The notes under the pieces: generated by a model
What the model was told of the DNA's origin: nothing
Seen by the model: the letters and a program-made list of their open reading frames with translations, nothing else
Database searches by the model: none
NCBI GenBank assembly: GCA_035221665.1
Contig: CM069174.1
Coordinates: 8,494,001 to 8,558,000 of the forward strand
Origin: Okamejei kenojei
Taxonomy: Eukaryota
Reading direction: 5' to 3'
DNA length: 64,000 bases
In this document: piece after piece, positions 36,691-50,804 of the stretch
Position numbering within the stretch: the stretch's first letter is position 1
Layout: each line of letters begins with the position of its first letter
Position numbers and translations under genes: made by a program

Positions 36691-37659
36691 TCCCAGAAAA
36701 GTGGTGGATTTTGGGGGGGGGGGGAAGAGAAATAGAGAAGACACACATTTCGACAGGGTTCTCATGATGATAGTCCAAGCCCAACTTACCCCAAGCTTTG
36801 TTTCCTTCATCAGAAATCACAAGCGCATAATTGGGCTGAGTTTCAAGTTACACACTGACAAGCTATTTATCAGATAACATCTATGAATTGTATTTGATAC
36901 AGTTCTTGCTGTTTACGAAAACATGGAAATGGTTGGTGATATACTGAGGAGGGAGTGCTGGAAAAGAACACAATCTAAAGTTTTGATCTATAGTGAGCCT
37001 AATATCACCTGTCATCCCTGAACAGCCCAATAGCATGTGAAGACTTTAAAGTCTGATCAGAACTCGTCTGTTCAATTGCAAAGCATTATTATCATGTGGT
37101 TCACCACAGTGGTACAGCAAGTTTATGTGCAGCAAAACAGGAGCCTCCACCCAACATCTCAAATCTACTTATTTTGCGTGGGAGGGGAATTGAGGGTTGG
37201 TGTGGAGGAAGTTATATAAATGAATAGAGTAGAGATCTTAAAACTTGTGGAAGCATCTTCCAGTAGTTGATTTTGGTGTTTGAAGGGGGGGGGGGGGGGG
37301 GGGGGAAAGAAGAAGATACTGCAGCACATGGCCTTGCCTCAAAAGTACTTGAGTATTTTATATGGCTCAAGGCACATTGATAGACATTGACTGAATATTG
37401 TACAGTTAGTAGTTTGCGAGACAGCCCCTTGCACGTCTTGTGTGCAGAGGGAAAAGATAATTGAAAGATTTGTCAATGACAGGAAAGTATACAGGCAGAA
37501 AAACCTCATTACCATCATTGTACCTTCAGTTAGAATTTAAAACAGACAGTGCCTTCCAGCAGATGAGTTTGGTTTTGCAGATCAAAAGGACCCTTCAAAT
37601 GGTTAAAATAAAGTGCAGTTTAAAACTAGGATAGACTGAAAAACTGATCAAAAACAACT

Positions 37660-37665
37660 TTTATT
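37660..37665 (-). terminator. Likely polyadenylation signal of the PLEKHA3-like gene (implies a ~3.6-kb 3' UTR)
   Basis: AATAAA on the minus strand at the end of an AT-rich UTR-like stretch, followed by a U-rich tract. Confidence 0.55.
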
Positions 37666-40600
37666 ATATTTACAGTTCTATACAAGAGCAAATGAGCATG
37701 TACTTACAAAAGAATACAACAGTTCATAAAAAAGCAGAGGTATATTCAAATGGATGCCACATAGAATTTTGCTTGTGGCTAGGGTGAAATACAGCAAACA
37801 TTGGCTTTTAGAAAACTTTCTGCAAAATACTGCAGAGTTTAAGATTGTGTCAGTTTACAGATTGTTTTGTTACAAGTGGCAATGTTTCTCTTTCAGGACT
37901 TCCTAAAAAGGAAATATAGAAAGATGCCATGGAACATCACAACACAGGAACAGGCCCTTCAGCCCACCTTGTCTGTGCCAAACATGTTGCCAAGTTAAAC
38001 TTGGATAGACTCGGTTTATACTCTCTGTTTAGGAGATGAAACTTACATTCTTAAGGGGTTCCCGATTCCATTTAAGGATAAGGGGGAAATCCTTTAAGAC
38101 CGAGATGAGAAAGATTTTTTCACACAGGAGTGGTGAGTCTCTGGGAACTCTGCCATAGAAGTTTTTAAAATTATGAAAGCTGCTGACAAAGACAATCAAA
38201 ACTTTTTTCCCCCCAGGGTGGAAATGTCAAATAAGAGGATGCAGCTTTAATATGAGAGGGGGAAAGTTTAAAGGAGATGTGCAGGGCTAGTTCTATTTTC
38301 TACACAGTGGTGGATGTCTGGAACAGACTGGCAGTGGTGGTAATGGAAGCAGATTCAAGAGTGGAATTTAAGTGTTTGTTTAGATAGATGTGGATATGCA
38401 GGGAATGGAGGGATATGGATCACATGCAGACAGTGGATTAGTTTAATTTGGCATAATGTTCAGCACAGGGTAAAGGGCCTGGACTGTTTTACATTCTACA
38501 TGTAATATAACACCATCACAGAGAATGGAAGAACCATTTTTTTCTATTGCATTCCCAATTACTTCATGAGTAAGGTGTTCAAACTTTCAAAAAGTGCAAC
38601 TACATTTCTATTTAACAATAGTTACCTTCATTTAACTACTATGCAGTTTCTAAAAAAGTCAACAGAAAGAATCTGGTCTGGGCATTAAAATAAGTACATT
38701 CCAACTAAAATCTCTTAAACCAGGCAGCTTGACAGACATCTCAAAATACCTTTTTTTTGTGAGAATCCCAGAGCACAGTTGCTTGTGATTCATGCTTCTA
38801 ATCTGTACTTTGGCCTGCTTTCCGTTGTAATTTTCTTTACAAAACAAACTATAGTTTATACTATCTATGTCACCATATCCTTTCTCACAGAAGGCCTCAG
38901 GAGCAATGCAATACCGTGAAACCATACAGCAAAAAAACAGCCATTTGTCCTACCATGTCAAGCCTCGCCAGAAGAGAGCTATGCAACCTTCTCCTGCTTC
39001 CCAGCTTTTGGTTTATGGCTTTATGGTTTACAGCATAATGGTCATTCAGACTATTACTATACCTGACAGCATGTTCCAGCCCCTCCCTAGCTACTGGATG
39101 CAAAAAGATACCTCAATATTCCCTCAAATCCTTCTACAATCCATTAATGTCCCTGGTTATTTACCTCTTCCAGTTCTCAATTTTATACACAATCATACTT
39201 CATGAAAAATAAAAAAATATTTTTTCCCTTGAGGGAAGTTGAATAACAAAGTTTCACTCAACTAATTTAAAATTTGCGTTGTGAGCCTGCATATGATAAA
39301 CAGACATATTTGGGAGCATTCCCTCCCTCTTATTTTTGTGCAATTTTAATTTAACAGTCTCCTAAGAATGCAATAAACTTTCAATGTGTGCTTGAGACAC
39401 AGAAGACTTTCAGCACCTCCAAATAGGTCTGGAACTGAAAGTGTATTTGTTTGACTCAATTGGAATCAAGAAAATAGATGTTCCAAATCCTTAGCCAGCA
39501 TTCGATTTATTTTTTGAAATGTTTGAAACAAATCATGGAGTGGTTTGCATCCTTCTATTACTTGAAGACAATTTATAAAGAAGGATGTGGTGGTGCTAAT
39601 ATTGGTAAACTTTAGTGAAGATAGAGTGCAAAAATCAAGTTCAGTTATGCAATCAGCCATTATCTTATGAAACTTGTCCATTTTAGAGCAACCACAAGAT
39701 CTACTGGTCCTATTTTAATTGTTCTGAAGATCAAACGTAGGATAAAGCTTAACACTTCAAAGATACATTACACATAGGTAGTAACAATTCTATCAATGGG
39801 GAATCAATTTAACTGATTTGGAAAAGAATAACAGTTTAAATAGTGCAGTGGCAGTCTTAGATGAACTTGTGCTCTTCCCCATCCCATCTGTTTATTTCAA
39901 TGCCAATTTCATTTGCTACAGGATCGAAGGGGACACTGCAGCTCTGAAGATGGTTATAAATTGATATTTTGCATGCAAGAGATAAAAACAACATCATGAT
40001 GATAGCTAGCTCTATTTGTGCTTGACCAGCCCCAACAGAGCAATGAAGATAAACAGATACTTGGCAGTCATGATACCAGAACTGTTCCACTGGAACAGAG
40101 AAGGCCAAGGCTTTTAAAAAAATATAAATTGTGCACTTTTTTCCTTTCAGAATCTTATTTCAATATTATGCCACAGAACCATCTTTAAAATGGCTAGAGA
40201 TATATAATTCAGGCTTTGCAATTCCAATTGTTAATTTTCCCAAAGTCTCAACTCCATATTTTGCTTCACTCTACTTTCTCAATCTTCACATGCTCAGTCT
40301 GAACAGGAGTAATACAAATCATTCAGACTTGACAAGGGACAAATGCATACATATTAAAAATGTAGGAAGAGTATGTAGCATTTTCGAAATGCAAAACAAG
40401 AACACTCAAAATACTTCAGACTGAACCATTTTCATAGGTTGTTTTAATTATCATTGTCACCATAACTGTACATGTCCATATTCAATGAATATTCCTATGA
40501 TAACAAAGTCAGATCAACTATAGCAACAAAAGAAAAATACATTGATATCCATCCCTTTTTACATCATGGAGAATGTAGGCAGTTAAATTGACTTGCAAGT

Positions 40601-41252
40601 AAAGGTTAAAGTACCATTAATTCAGGGAGAATGATGAATGAGACATTAGTTACCCAAGCAAAAGACGTGGGCAACCCAAATACCTACGTAACATTAAATA
40701 GAAACCTGAAAAAAAACAAGTTTGCTGGCCCTTAATCTGTTTTTAACATCTGCATTGGGCAATATGGATTCCATTTTAGAATTTAAAAAAATGTTTTCAT
40801 AAAAATAAATAGTGTACAATTTAACACAAACTTACTCATACTATTTCCAGCTAAAAATCAATGTTAGTGTGAATGAACAGTTTTTATATTAATATTTGCA
40901 GGGTAGCATTCAGTTTCGCAGAAGCTGGTTTCAAGTGGAATAAAGAAGTATTCTAAAACAATGACTGGAATCACTTCTGGAGGAATAAACCACTCTGTCT
41001 CCTTAACCGGACAAAAAGTAAACTCAAATAAATTAGTGTCAATTTGAAACTACCTTTTATTACTCTTTGCTGTACCCTTATCAAAATTAATATTTCTTTA
41101 AAAAAACTCAGATTAAATTTGCCCTTTCAGAAAGGCAGTACGTCTGATACAGTCAGAGGCTCTGGTTTTGGAGCTGAGGTACATACATTAACAACCAGCC
41201 TAAGCTACTCAGGGCTGTTTGATGGAGAACCATGTAATCACAGACTGGGCCA

Positions 41253-41314
41253 TTATTTGGTGACATGGTGCGATACTTGTTCTGAACTCAGCAATTCAGA
41301 TTTAACGGCAGTGC
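41253..41314 (-). CDS. PLEKHA3: PLEKHA3-like putative last coding exon
   Basis: acaatag|GC+TAVKSELLSSEQVSHHVTK*; phase-compatible, followed by long UTR-like sequence; no homology support. Confidence 0.45.
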
Positions 41315-42655
41315 CTATTGTAAACAATCAGAATCAGTGTTTTTTGTCTGAGCAATTGTACCTTTAGTGGCAAGTAAGACAACTTGAAATACAATTGCTG
41401 GGGAGGGGGTCGGTAGTAGGGAGGGTGGTTAATTGGAAGAGAAGATTACCAGTCCAAATTGTATATGTGACCCCCCCCCCCCCCCCCTCCACATTGTTAC
41501 ACAGGCATATGGGGGGGGGGGGGGGGGGGGGGGGGGGGTGGGGGGGAAGAAAAGAGATGTGTTTTTGGGACGCAGGCCATAATTGCAATTTTCCAAAATG
41601 CAAAGCTATTTCATCTCGATGCATCAAGAAATGAGTTTGAAAAAAGTATTCATGTATTTACTATCTCTGTCTCTTCAACCCTCCCCCTCCCTTAAATTTA
41701 ATGAGAATCAATCTCATCACCCCTTTCACATTTGAGCAATGTTTTGCAAATTCTGCAAGGGTAAATTTCCATAATACAAACTGACATTATATGGGTGTTG
41801 CCTGTATACTCAATCCTAAAAACATCTAAACCTGGAGTTCAAAATGTGTCCTGCAATCCACTCTTTTATTTAGCCATTATTTTATGTTACCATTGTTTGA
41901 TTTTAAAATCAAGGGTACCACTATTAAACATTTACTAGAAGAAAATGGAGGTGTGGGGATGAAGTGCAGTAGCTTGCCCTGCATATTAGACAAAAAGCAC
42001 CAGAATTTTAAAAAGCCTGGAAGTAAAATATGCCAAATCACAGTATATGCATGGACGGCAATGAACACACACTTCATTGTGTGCCTAAAAAAAAAAAAAG
42101 ACAAAGTGCTGGAGTAATTCAGCAGGTCAGGCAGCATCTCGGAAGAACATGGATAGGACCCTTCTACAGATACGAGCCTGAAGGATCCAGACGTAAAACA
42201 TAACCTATCCGTGTTCTCCAAAGATGCTGCCTGACCCGTTGTGTTTCTCCAGAACCTTGTGTCTTTTTGAAAACGAGCATCTGCAATTCCTTGTTTCTTC
42301 ATTTTGTGTCCACCCTTGAATAGGCAACTTCTTCTGTCCCAATAAATGTCTACTAAACCAGAATTTAGGTTTCATACATATACATCTACACAATGCCTGG
42401 GCAACAAAAGGGTTAAAATATTAACCCATATTTGGCAACGTACTTTGGCAACTAGCTAGTAGATATAAAAGTCAGACGTTTGCTCTTTATCACTTCAAAC
42501 AAATGTCTCTGGAAACTTCAACATTAACTAGCAAGTTATTACTTTTTATCCATTTCCTTGTTTAGGTTAAACCCACATCACAACTGGCTCCTTCTGTGTT
42601 GCTCAACAGGTTACAAAGTGGTGGAGAAGTTAGTGTTTCCTGCGACATTATTCAC

Positions 42656-42709
42656 CATTGGCTCTACTTGTAGATTTATCCTCGGCATTTTGGGACGGAT
42701 GCGGCGAAT
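42656..42709 (-). CDS. PLEKHA3: PLEKHA3-like putative exon 8
   Basis: ttcacag|AT+SPHPSQNAEDKSTSRAN+G|gtgaat; read-through gives a stop at 42648-42650. Confidence 0.5.
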
Positions 42710-45700
42710 CTGTGAAGTTAGAAACCAGGTTACTTGAAATAAATCTGCTGATATAGGTATGGATGGCACCCAAATGTGTTTTAAATTATTCAAGTTATAT
42801 ATAGTTTCTCTCCCCAATGCAAAAGCCAGATCACTAATAAATATCTAGGAGATATGCAGGTAGTGTTCCCATGTACCTGCTGCCCTTGTCTTTCCTGTTG
42901 GTAGAAGTCACGAGTTTGAGAGAGGATCCCAGCCGAGTGACTGCAACACATTTTTTTAGATGGTATGCATTGCAGCTACTGTACATCAGTAGTGCATGGA
43001 ATGAATGTTCCAGTAGTTGATAGGGTGCCAATTAAAAACTGTTGAGCTTTGAGTTTTTGGAAGTTGTGTCACCCGGACAAGTCACGAGTACTTCATCACA
43101 CTCCTGACTTGTGTTTTGTTGCTGTGGAAAGGGATGGCAAGAGGGGAGTCACTAACTGCCACAAAAACCCAGTCTCTAACCTGCTTATAACCATGCTGTT
43201 TCTGTGGTTGACCCAATAGAGTTTCTGATCCATAGTGAACCCCCCCCCCCCCCCTCACAAGATGTTGATGGTGGAGGACACAGCAATGGTAATGCTATTG
43301 AATATCAAGTGTAGATGGTTAGAGACTCATTGGAGACTATCATTGATTGACACTCATAGTATGAATGTTACTTGCCACTTAATATTCAGCTGAATATTGT
43401 CCACATTTAACTGCATACAGGCTTCATTTGCCGGGCTTGGACTAGAATTGAACATAGTGTAATCAGCAGGGAACAATCCTGCTTCTGGCCTTAGAATGAA
43501 ACAAAGGCTATTGATGAAGCAGCTGAAGATGTTGGGCCCCATGAAACTACCCTTAGGAACACCTATAATGTCTTTGGGTTGGTAGGATTGATTTCAATTA
43601 ACCACAAACATCTTATGTGCAAGGCATGACACCAACAATTGAGTTTTACCATTGCTCCTCAATGTGCCACAATTATTTCTTTGACATCAAGAGAGGTACT
43701 GATGATGCCTCTGAAATTTAGCTTTGGTGCACATTTTAACCAGTGCCATGAAGAATTCTTGACCCAAGTGGTGCTGGCAAAACTAAAACATGGCATCAGT
43801 GAGCAGGTTATTGGCGAGTTTGCCAAGTAGTAACATCTACATGTCATGCCTTGCCATTATTGAAGATGGAGATATGCCAAACCACGAGGCTGCAGAACAT
43901 GGTGTACATTTCAGCTGCTGCCGAGTCCTTAATACCTCATGGATGCACAGTTTTGAGTACCAGATCAGTCCAGAGTCAATCCAATTTGATTTGTTTGTGG
44001 TGCTGCACAAGATGGTGGGTGTGTTCTTTGTGTGAAGACAAGCACATGTAGCCTTCACATTGATTTACCCACTACTTTCCACTGACCCAAACAGACAGCT
44101 ATATCATTCAGTATTTGGCCAGCTTGATCAGTACTGGTACAGCCAAAAATACTCTTGCTGTTGGACAGTGAAGTCCATTATTATTGTATTATTGACTATT
44201 GTATATTTATTTGTGGTGTTATTGTGTTAATGGGACTGTAAAGCTGCAGCAAGTATTCTTCTGTTCCCCATGCATATGACAAATACTCTCAACTCTTCAC
44301 CCAGAATACATGTTACTCCCTTGCTACTTTCAGTGATCTTTAAAGTATAGTTCAACAGATGAGCATCAATTCATCAGCTGAGGGACAATGGTAGGTGATA
44401 AACAGACGGAATTTTTTTCTTGCTCCCAAGGATTACTCTTTCCTTTCAGTATATCACTGTGTCACTATCTGCGATGGCGATGTTGTACTTCTGTAGGACA
44501 AGACATATCCAGGGATTGTGTTGGAGAAATGTAGCACATTGTCTGTAAGACACAATTCTATGAGCATGACCAGGTCAGGCTGTTGTTCAACTAGTCCATC
44601 TGTGGAATGGGTCTCCCAATGGTCACCAGCCCCAATGTATTAGTGCAGAGATGTTGCAAGGTCAGCTTGGCTGGGAACAATGTTTGCCACGTCCAAATTA
44701 AGTTCTGAAGTCATAGCTAGGTGGTCTATCTAGTTTTATTCTCTTGGAAATGTCACAACTGATTAGGGTGCATGGTTGCATTATTGGGCATTGAGATAAC
44801 AACGTGGTTAAGGACTTGAGACATTGGCCAGAACTGGTGTGGTTCACAAATTCCTCCCCTGAAAAGGTCATCACTGAACCAGATGAGACGTCACAAAACA
44901 AAATCCAGTCACTTTTGTACTATTATTACCAAATGCCACTGTGCTGCCACCACCACATTTGTTTGTGCAATTAGGCCAGTATTCTGGTCGAGGCACTGAG
45001 AGAGTAAGAAAGATAAATGTTCCTTTCAGCAACATCATTAAGATATTTATAATAGAAATTGTGGACTTGTGCAGGAAAGAAAATGGGGAAATGCAAAGCA
45101 CTGTTAAACAGAAAATGCTTACCCATTCTTCAACTCTGCATTTTGGAGAGTATTTGGACAGGCTGCTCACAAATCCATTTACATGCGATGTTGCTCATCA
45201 GAAAGCATGCCGCTCAAAATTTGCACCTGCCATGAGCAAACCAAGGGATTTGCAGGACAAAAAAGTATCCTTTATAGAAAAGGACAAAACATTGCAACTT
45301 GCTCCTAGATGCAACATCTCAGGATTAAACAGTGTACAGCTAGAGGGAGTTTCATTACGGGGCTTTATCACACTTGCAGCACCATGTAGAGTTTTGGTTT
45401 CTATAGCTGGAGGAGAATATACTTACCTTGAAGTACAGTGTAGATTGTCCAGATCAATTCCAGTGGTTGTCTTACAAAAGGAGAGAATGGAGGTGAATAG
45501 ACCACATCAGACCTTGAGGAGAGGTGACGTCACTCAACACGCAAGATCAAAAGTGTCACTTTCCTCAGACTGAAGATTCCAGAATGGGACAGTGTTTCAC
45601 ATAAAGGATTACCCGTTTTTCGCTGAGAAAGAAGAGTAATAGCTCCACTTTGAGAGAAGAAAATCCCAAAATACAGCACCCTTTAAGGGCTGTGTATCAT

Positions 45701-46092
45701 TCAGTATACACTATTCAAGACCGAGATGGAAACATTTTTGGGCACCCAGGGAGCAGCGAGATGCGGATGAAGCAGGAAACTAGGTTTGATATATTAAGCA
45801 TGATATTGAATGGCAGAGCAGGCACTAGGAGCCACATAACCCATTCTTATTGTTGCTTCAAATGCACTCAGGCAGGTTTAAAAAATGTTGACTCCAATTG
45901 TGGAATTGCGCTGTAACCAGTCATATTTAAAATTTAGCAAATGTTATGGAGTATAAAGTTTGTAAAATGCTTCTTGCAGACAATCTTTCTTGTGTTTCTA
46001 TCACTGAACCAAAGACAAAATAATCGGAGACTTTTGTTTGCGGCAAGCAGTGTTCTGCTGGCTGAAGATACATTTAGTGCAAAAGTTCTTAC

Positions 46093-46247
46093 TTGCTGGC
46101 TGCGCCATGTTACTACTTTCTGGTGTCTTGATTTCCACAGGGGGTCTCGTCCACATGCTGGCTCGATATGCAGCCATTTCCTCCAGATTTCTCATTATTG
46201 TAATGGAACCTTTCTGAGGCGGAGCCAGGTTGTTCACTTCTGCACTC
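46093..46247 (-). CDS. PLEKHA3: PLEKHA3-like putative exon 7
   Basis: ctgcag|G+SAEVNNLAPPQKGSIT...PESSNMAQPA+A|gtaaga; open frame, phase 2 to 1 as required; little homology. Confidence 0.5.
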
Positions 46248-47397
46248 CTGCAGCCAAACAGTTAAGAATCAACAAGGCAGACACAAAACTACACATCCAA
46301 GTCTGCAATACAAGTAGTGGCACTGCACATTCATAATTTATAGCTGTTTTGTTTGCTTCTTCACAATGGTCTGAGATGGATAACTCTACAGCCAGCTATT
46401 TGGAAATTACCCATTGTGCTTTAATTCAGTGTTACTTTGGTGAAGCAGAACATGGGCACTGCTGGCAAGGTTAGATTATATTCCCATCCCTAACTGATCT
46501 TAAGATTGTCGCAGCTGCTAGCCCGAACATAGAACAGTACTGGAACAGGCTATTTGGCCCATAAATTCTCTGCCAAACATAATGTCAAGATAAACTAATC
46601 TCATCTGCCTGCACATGATCCCATTCTCGGAATATCCATGTGCCTTTCCAAAAGCCTCAAATACCTTGAACTCTTGCAATCCTTCTGGTGAAGTAAGCAG
46701 AATAGTGCTCTTGTGGAGGGAGTTTCAGGAGTTAGTTAGATCCAGCGATGATGTAACGATGATATATTGCCAAATCAAAGACAATGATCGGTACCTGCAG
46801 CTTCTAATGTTCTTTCATCTCTATATTTCTAGGTCATAGAAGTTGTAGGTTTGGAGGTGTTGTTGCAGAAGCTTCAGTGAGTAAATGCAGTGCATTTTGT
46901 GGATGGCCATGGTGTGCCAGTGAATTAATGTTTAAGGTGGTGGATGAGGCACCAATCAAGTGGCCTGCTTGGTCCTGGATAAAAATCAAGCTTGTATTGT
47001 TGTTGTAGCAATTCTAATCCAAGCAAATGGAAATTGGTGTCAGCATCATCACAACAATGCCAACATTTAGAACTATGAATTAGGTATTCACTTATATTGC
47101 GCCTTTTCTCAGAAACAACTTCCAAATATTTTCTTCAAATAGTCATCATTGTTATGCAGGCAAATGCAGCAGCTAATTTGCGCTTAGCAAACACACACTA
47201 AACTACAAGTTGATAAATCACCAGTTAATATGGTGATGGTTTAGGAAGGAACATTGGTTCAGAACATTTTAGTCACGGAGGAAAAAAAAAAAAAAAAAAG
47301 AAAACAAACCTCTTTTGATTCTCTTGGCATTTTTGATTCACAAATGACAGGAGCAACAACACATTCAAGATAGATCACAAGCAGACAGGACACCTAC

Positions 47398-47441
47398 CTG
47401 TCGAGTGCAACAACACTACTGTGGCTTATTGAACGCCTCAC
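47398..47441 (-). CDS. PLEKHA3: PLEKHA3-like exon 6
   Basis: aaatag|VRRSISHSSVVALD+AG|gtaggt; 44 nt, resembles PLEKHA3 MKRSVSH. Confidence 0.85.
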
Positions 47442-48050
47442 CTATTTAAAACAAAGGAAAAATAAACAGAAGTTAACGTCTCTAATCCTGAAAGCAAGAC
47501 TCTTCGACTAAATTGAAAATTGACAAGACCCCAGTCCAAAATTCTGTAGCTGAATCCACCCACGTATAGGTCTTGTGGTAGTGCAGCTGATTTGTGTTAA
47601 AATCGAGCGGTAACACTGGGATAACTATGCATGAGAAAAATCTACTGCTCCCCAATTCAGCATCTGTTACGCCCTCACCTGGAACAAACCATATTGTCTC
47701 ATTTAACTAAGTTATAACCTATGGTTCTGATGCCACAATTAGATATTGTCCCGATTGCTTCCTTTATCCCTCTCCCAAATGAATTACCAGAGCTCAGTGA
47801 GGAACCAATCAAACATCAGTCCCATGACATATTGCATCAGGTCTACATTCCACAAAGTAAGAGCAGTGGGCTGTATCCAAGTGAGATGCCCAGAGCAAGG
47901 TTTTTGTCCATGGGGGAAAGAGTAAACAAAATAAAGCCCATTACAGGACAATAACACAGCAAAATGCACCTTTCCCTCAACCCAGAAACCTGCAAGCAAG
48001 GGATGCAAATACCTTTATAATAAAAGTGAAAATATTTTATGTCCACTTAC

Positions 48051-48209
48051 CCTGCGAAGAGGTGTAGAGGTGACATGAGCAGCAGGGGATTCAGGGGGTG
48101 AAAGAAGCTCTGGGGATATCCTCACACTTGCTATTTTCATGCAGTCCTCTAGGGTATTTATAAAAGTATTGCATGTGGCTTTAAGCAAAGAAGAAGCCTC
48201 GTTCATTTT
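48051..48209 (-). CDS. PLEKHA3: PLEKHA3-like exon 5
   Basis: [42 protein letters not shown]...LRR|gtaagt. Confidence 0.92.
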
Positions 48210-49201
48210 CTGAAAGAAAACAATACATTTGTGCAAAAACCAACAGTGTTGGACACAGAACAAAGCACTTATCTCTTCCGACGTCACCTTGAACACCTTT
48301 ATTATTTGAGGTACACTACAAGAGCATGGTAGAAATATATTAAACACGAAGTAGGCCACAGTTTAAACAAATATACACTACTTGTCACTATGGTGCAGAA
48401 GCGATGTGATAAGACTAGAGAGTTCAAGGGAATGTGTGTTGCTGGAGATGTTCAGTTGCTGCAATAAATGTGAATAAGAAGCCACTCTGACATATTTGAT
48501 CGTGCATGTGTCATTGTGTCCACATGCCAGTCAAAGAAGCACCTTAAATAAACCAGATTCTTTAGTTTTGCTTTTCCATGCATGTTACTTCACTACAAAG
48601 TAGAAACCTCATTTACCTCCCACAACTGAGCCCTCCTTGGATTGGGAACAATTTCTGTTCCCTGCATTCAGGATAAGTTGACTTTGAGGGTCCTGTGTTT
48701 TTACAAAGCTAGATATGTCATACCTACGCGCACAAATAAACAACTATCCTGAACAATGGGTCGTCGGGGGATAAAGCCAAGGACTCTGCTTAGATTATTT
48801 TGGTTAATTCAATAACTAAAATGTCTTGAACATTTACAAATGCAGGTTTGCAAAATTAGATTAATCCCCAAGATCAGTCAAAATTCACCAAATGTAGGGA
48901 GGGACGTCTCCGCACCATCACCTTCTTCCCCAGCAATCCATTCCCACCTTCATCACAGCAATGAGGACAACTGTGGCAAGCCCCACCTATAATCCCAAAC
49001 CACAGTACATTGTTGCAAATGGGACTTTGAATATTCTGTGTTTACCGAGCCATCAGTGCGTGGCGACAGGACTGGATTTTGTGACAGCTTATTTGATTCT
49101 TATGATAGTTTCCCATCCATCTGTTGCACAATATTTCCAAATCGATGTCTCTCTAGCTGCATGATCACGGAAGGCTTACAGAAAGAATTCTAGTACAATA
49201 C

Positions 49202-49338
49202 CTCAACATCTGGAGTGGATCCAATCTCGACCGGTTGTGCGGATTCCTGGATCTTATGGACCTGCTGCATCAGTAGGTCACAGTACAGACGAAGCTCGGA
49301 CATTTTGAATTTCAATGAATCCTCATTTTCACTGATTT
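49202..49338 (-). CDS. PLEKHA3: PLEKHA3-like exon 4
   Basis: (E)[45 protein letters not shown]|gtattg; 137 nt. Confidence 0.93.
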
Positions 49339-50299
49339 CTGCAGCAATTTTAAAAACTTAAATGTTACATTCTTTTCAACAATTAAAAAAAATGAATTAC
49401 CCTCAAATACAACAAATTTAGTATAGTTTAAAGATACAGTAACGAAACAGACCCTTCGGTCCACTGAATCCAATGTGACCATTGATCACCCATTCACACT
49501 AGTTCCATGTTATCCCACTATCTCATCCACTCCTGACACACTAGGGGCAATTTCATAGGCCAATTAACCTAGAAACCCACATATCTTTGGGATCTGGGAA
49601 GAAACCCAAGCAGTCACAGGGAGCACGTACAAACTCCACAAATAGCACCAGAGAGGATCAAACCTGGATCTCTGGCGCTCTGAAGCAGCAGCTCTACCAC
49701 CGTGCTGTCCATACACCACAATTGTTTTTAGACATCTTGAAATTAAATTTCATTTGCAAGACTCATGGCTCTGAAACAGTCAAAAATAGACACAAAGTAC
49801 TGGAGTAACTCAGCGGGTCAGGCGCATCTCTGAAGAAAAAGGATGGGCGACGTTTCGGGTCAAGGTCTTTCTTTAGACTCAGGCAGCATGGAACAGAATT
49901 GAAACAGCAGGATGAATCAATTGGTCTCCAATGTGCTGTGCAAGTCATACAGCCTGTTCCCCATCACGTGGAGACTTGCATTAATATGGGATCTTCACAA
50001 TTTCCACAGGGCAGCCCAGCTTGTAGAGCTGCTGCCTCAGCTCCCCAGACCCAGGTTCTACCTTGACATTCAGGGCTGTCTGAAAAATCGGTACATTCTG
50101 CCTGTTACCATGGATTTCACCCCACATCGCAAAGTCGTGCAAATCGGTAGGTTCATCAGCTGCATATGGCGTATGAGAGTGTGGTAGTGGGAGAATATGG
50201 CAAGTGTGTCGGAGGCGCAAATGAATTCTTGGTGGTCAACTCAAATGAAAAAGCCTTAAAAAAGGCAACTACTCATGAAAGATTTATTAAAATTAGTAC

Positions 50300-50455
50300 C
50301 TCGCTCCTTCTTGGTCTTACTGTTTGCCAGGCAGGCTTTGGCACTTCCAAGTGCTACCAACCATTTCTGTCTCTCTGCCGCATTCATAGCCTTGAGGTAG
50401 AAGTATTGCTCTCCTGGGATAATCAGGTCCACCCTTGTGTTATCTGCTAAATGCA
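50300..50455 (-). CDS. PLEKHA3: PLEKHA3-like exon 3 (PH domain C-terminal half)
   Basis: (V)[51 protein letters not shown]; 156 nt. Confidence 0.94.
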
Positions 50456-50687
50456 CTAACAAGAGAAATGCATTACTTCGCTGTGCGGGGATTAGGTAGC
50501 AGAGTGCTGTTTTAGGACCTTAGTCACACAAATCATGCAGCAAAACCAATGGGCAGAATAGAAGAGGAATCTTGTACTCAAAATAGCAACGAGTATAAAT
50601 TAACACTGTGCAACATCTCATGGGAACTAATAGACCCACCTTAGCAGAAATTACTATCATGGTTGCCAAAATCTATTGTTGTTCTAC

Positions 50688-50804
50688 CTTTTATTTCACA
50701 CACGGCCATTTTGATGCTTCCTTTACTGCCTTTGTCGACATCTTCCTGTGAATCGTAGTAGGAGAACACGCTGCCATCCAACACAAAGTACCTTGGTTGC
50801 CAAC
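50688..50804 (-). CDS. PLEKHA3: PLEKHA3-like exon 2 (PH domain)
   Basis: (G)[38 protein letters not shown]; 117 nt. Confidence 0.94.

Noticed and set aside
41471-41546. Long C-run followed by a long G-run (hairpin or G-quadruplex)
   Set aside because: Homopolymer runs are common in this window and their lengths are unreliable in assemblies.
45427-45470. 44-nt phase-compatible candidate exon (QPLELIWTIYTVLQ) with a gtaagt donor
   Set aside because: Lies in an antisense LINE remnant with a weak AAG acceptor; 46093-46247 is the better candidate.
44941-45573. 210-aa plus-strand ORF, the longest in the track
   Set aside because: GTG start, antisense within a PLEKHA3-like intron, partly overlapping a decayed LINE, and no recognisable domain.
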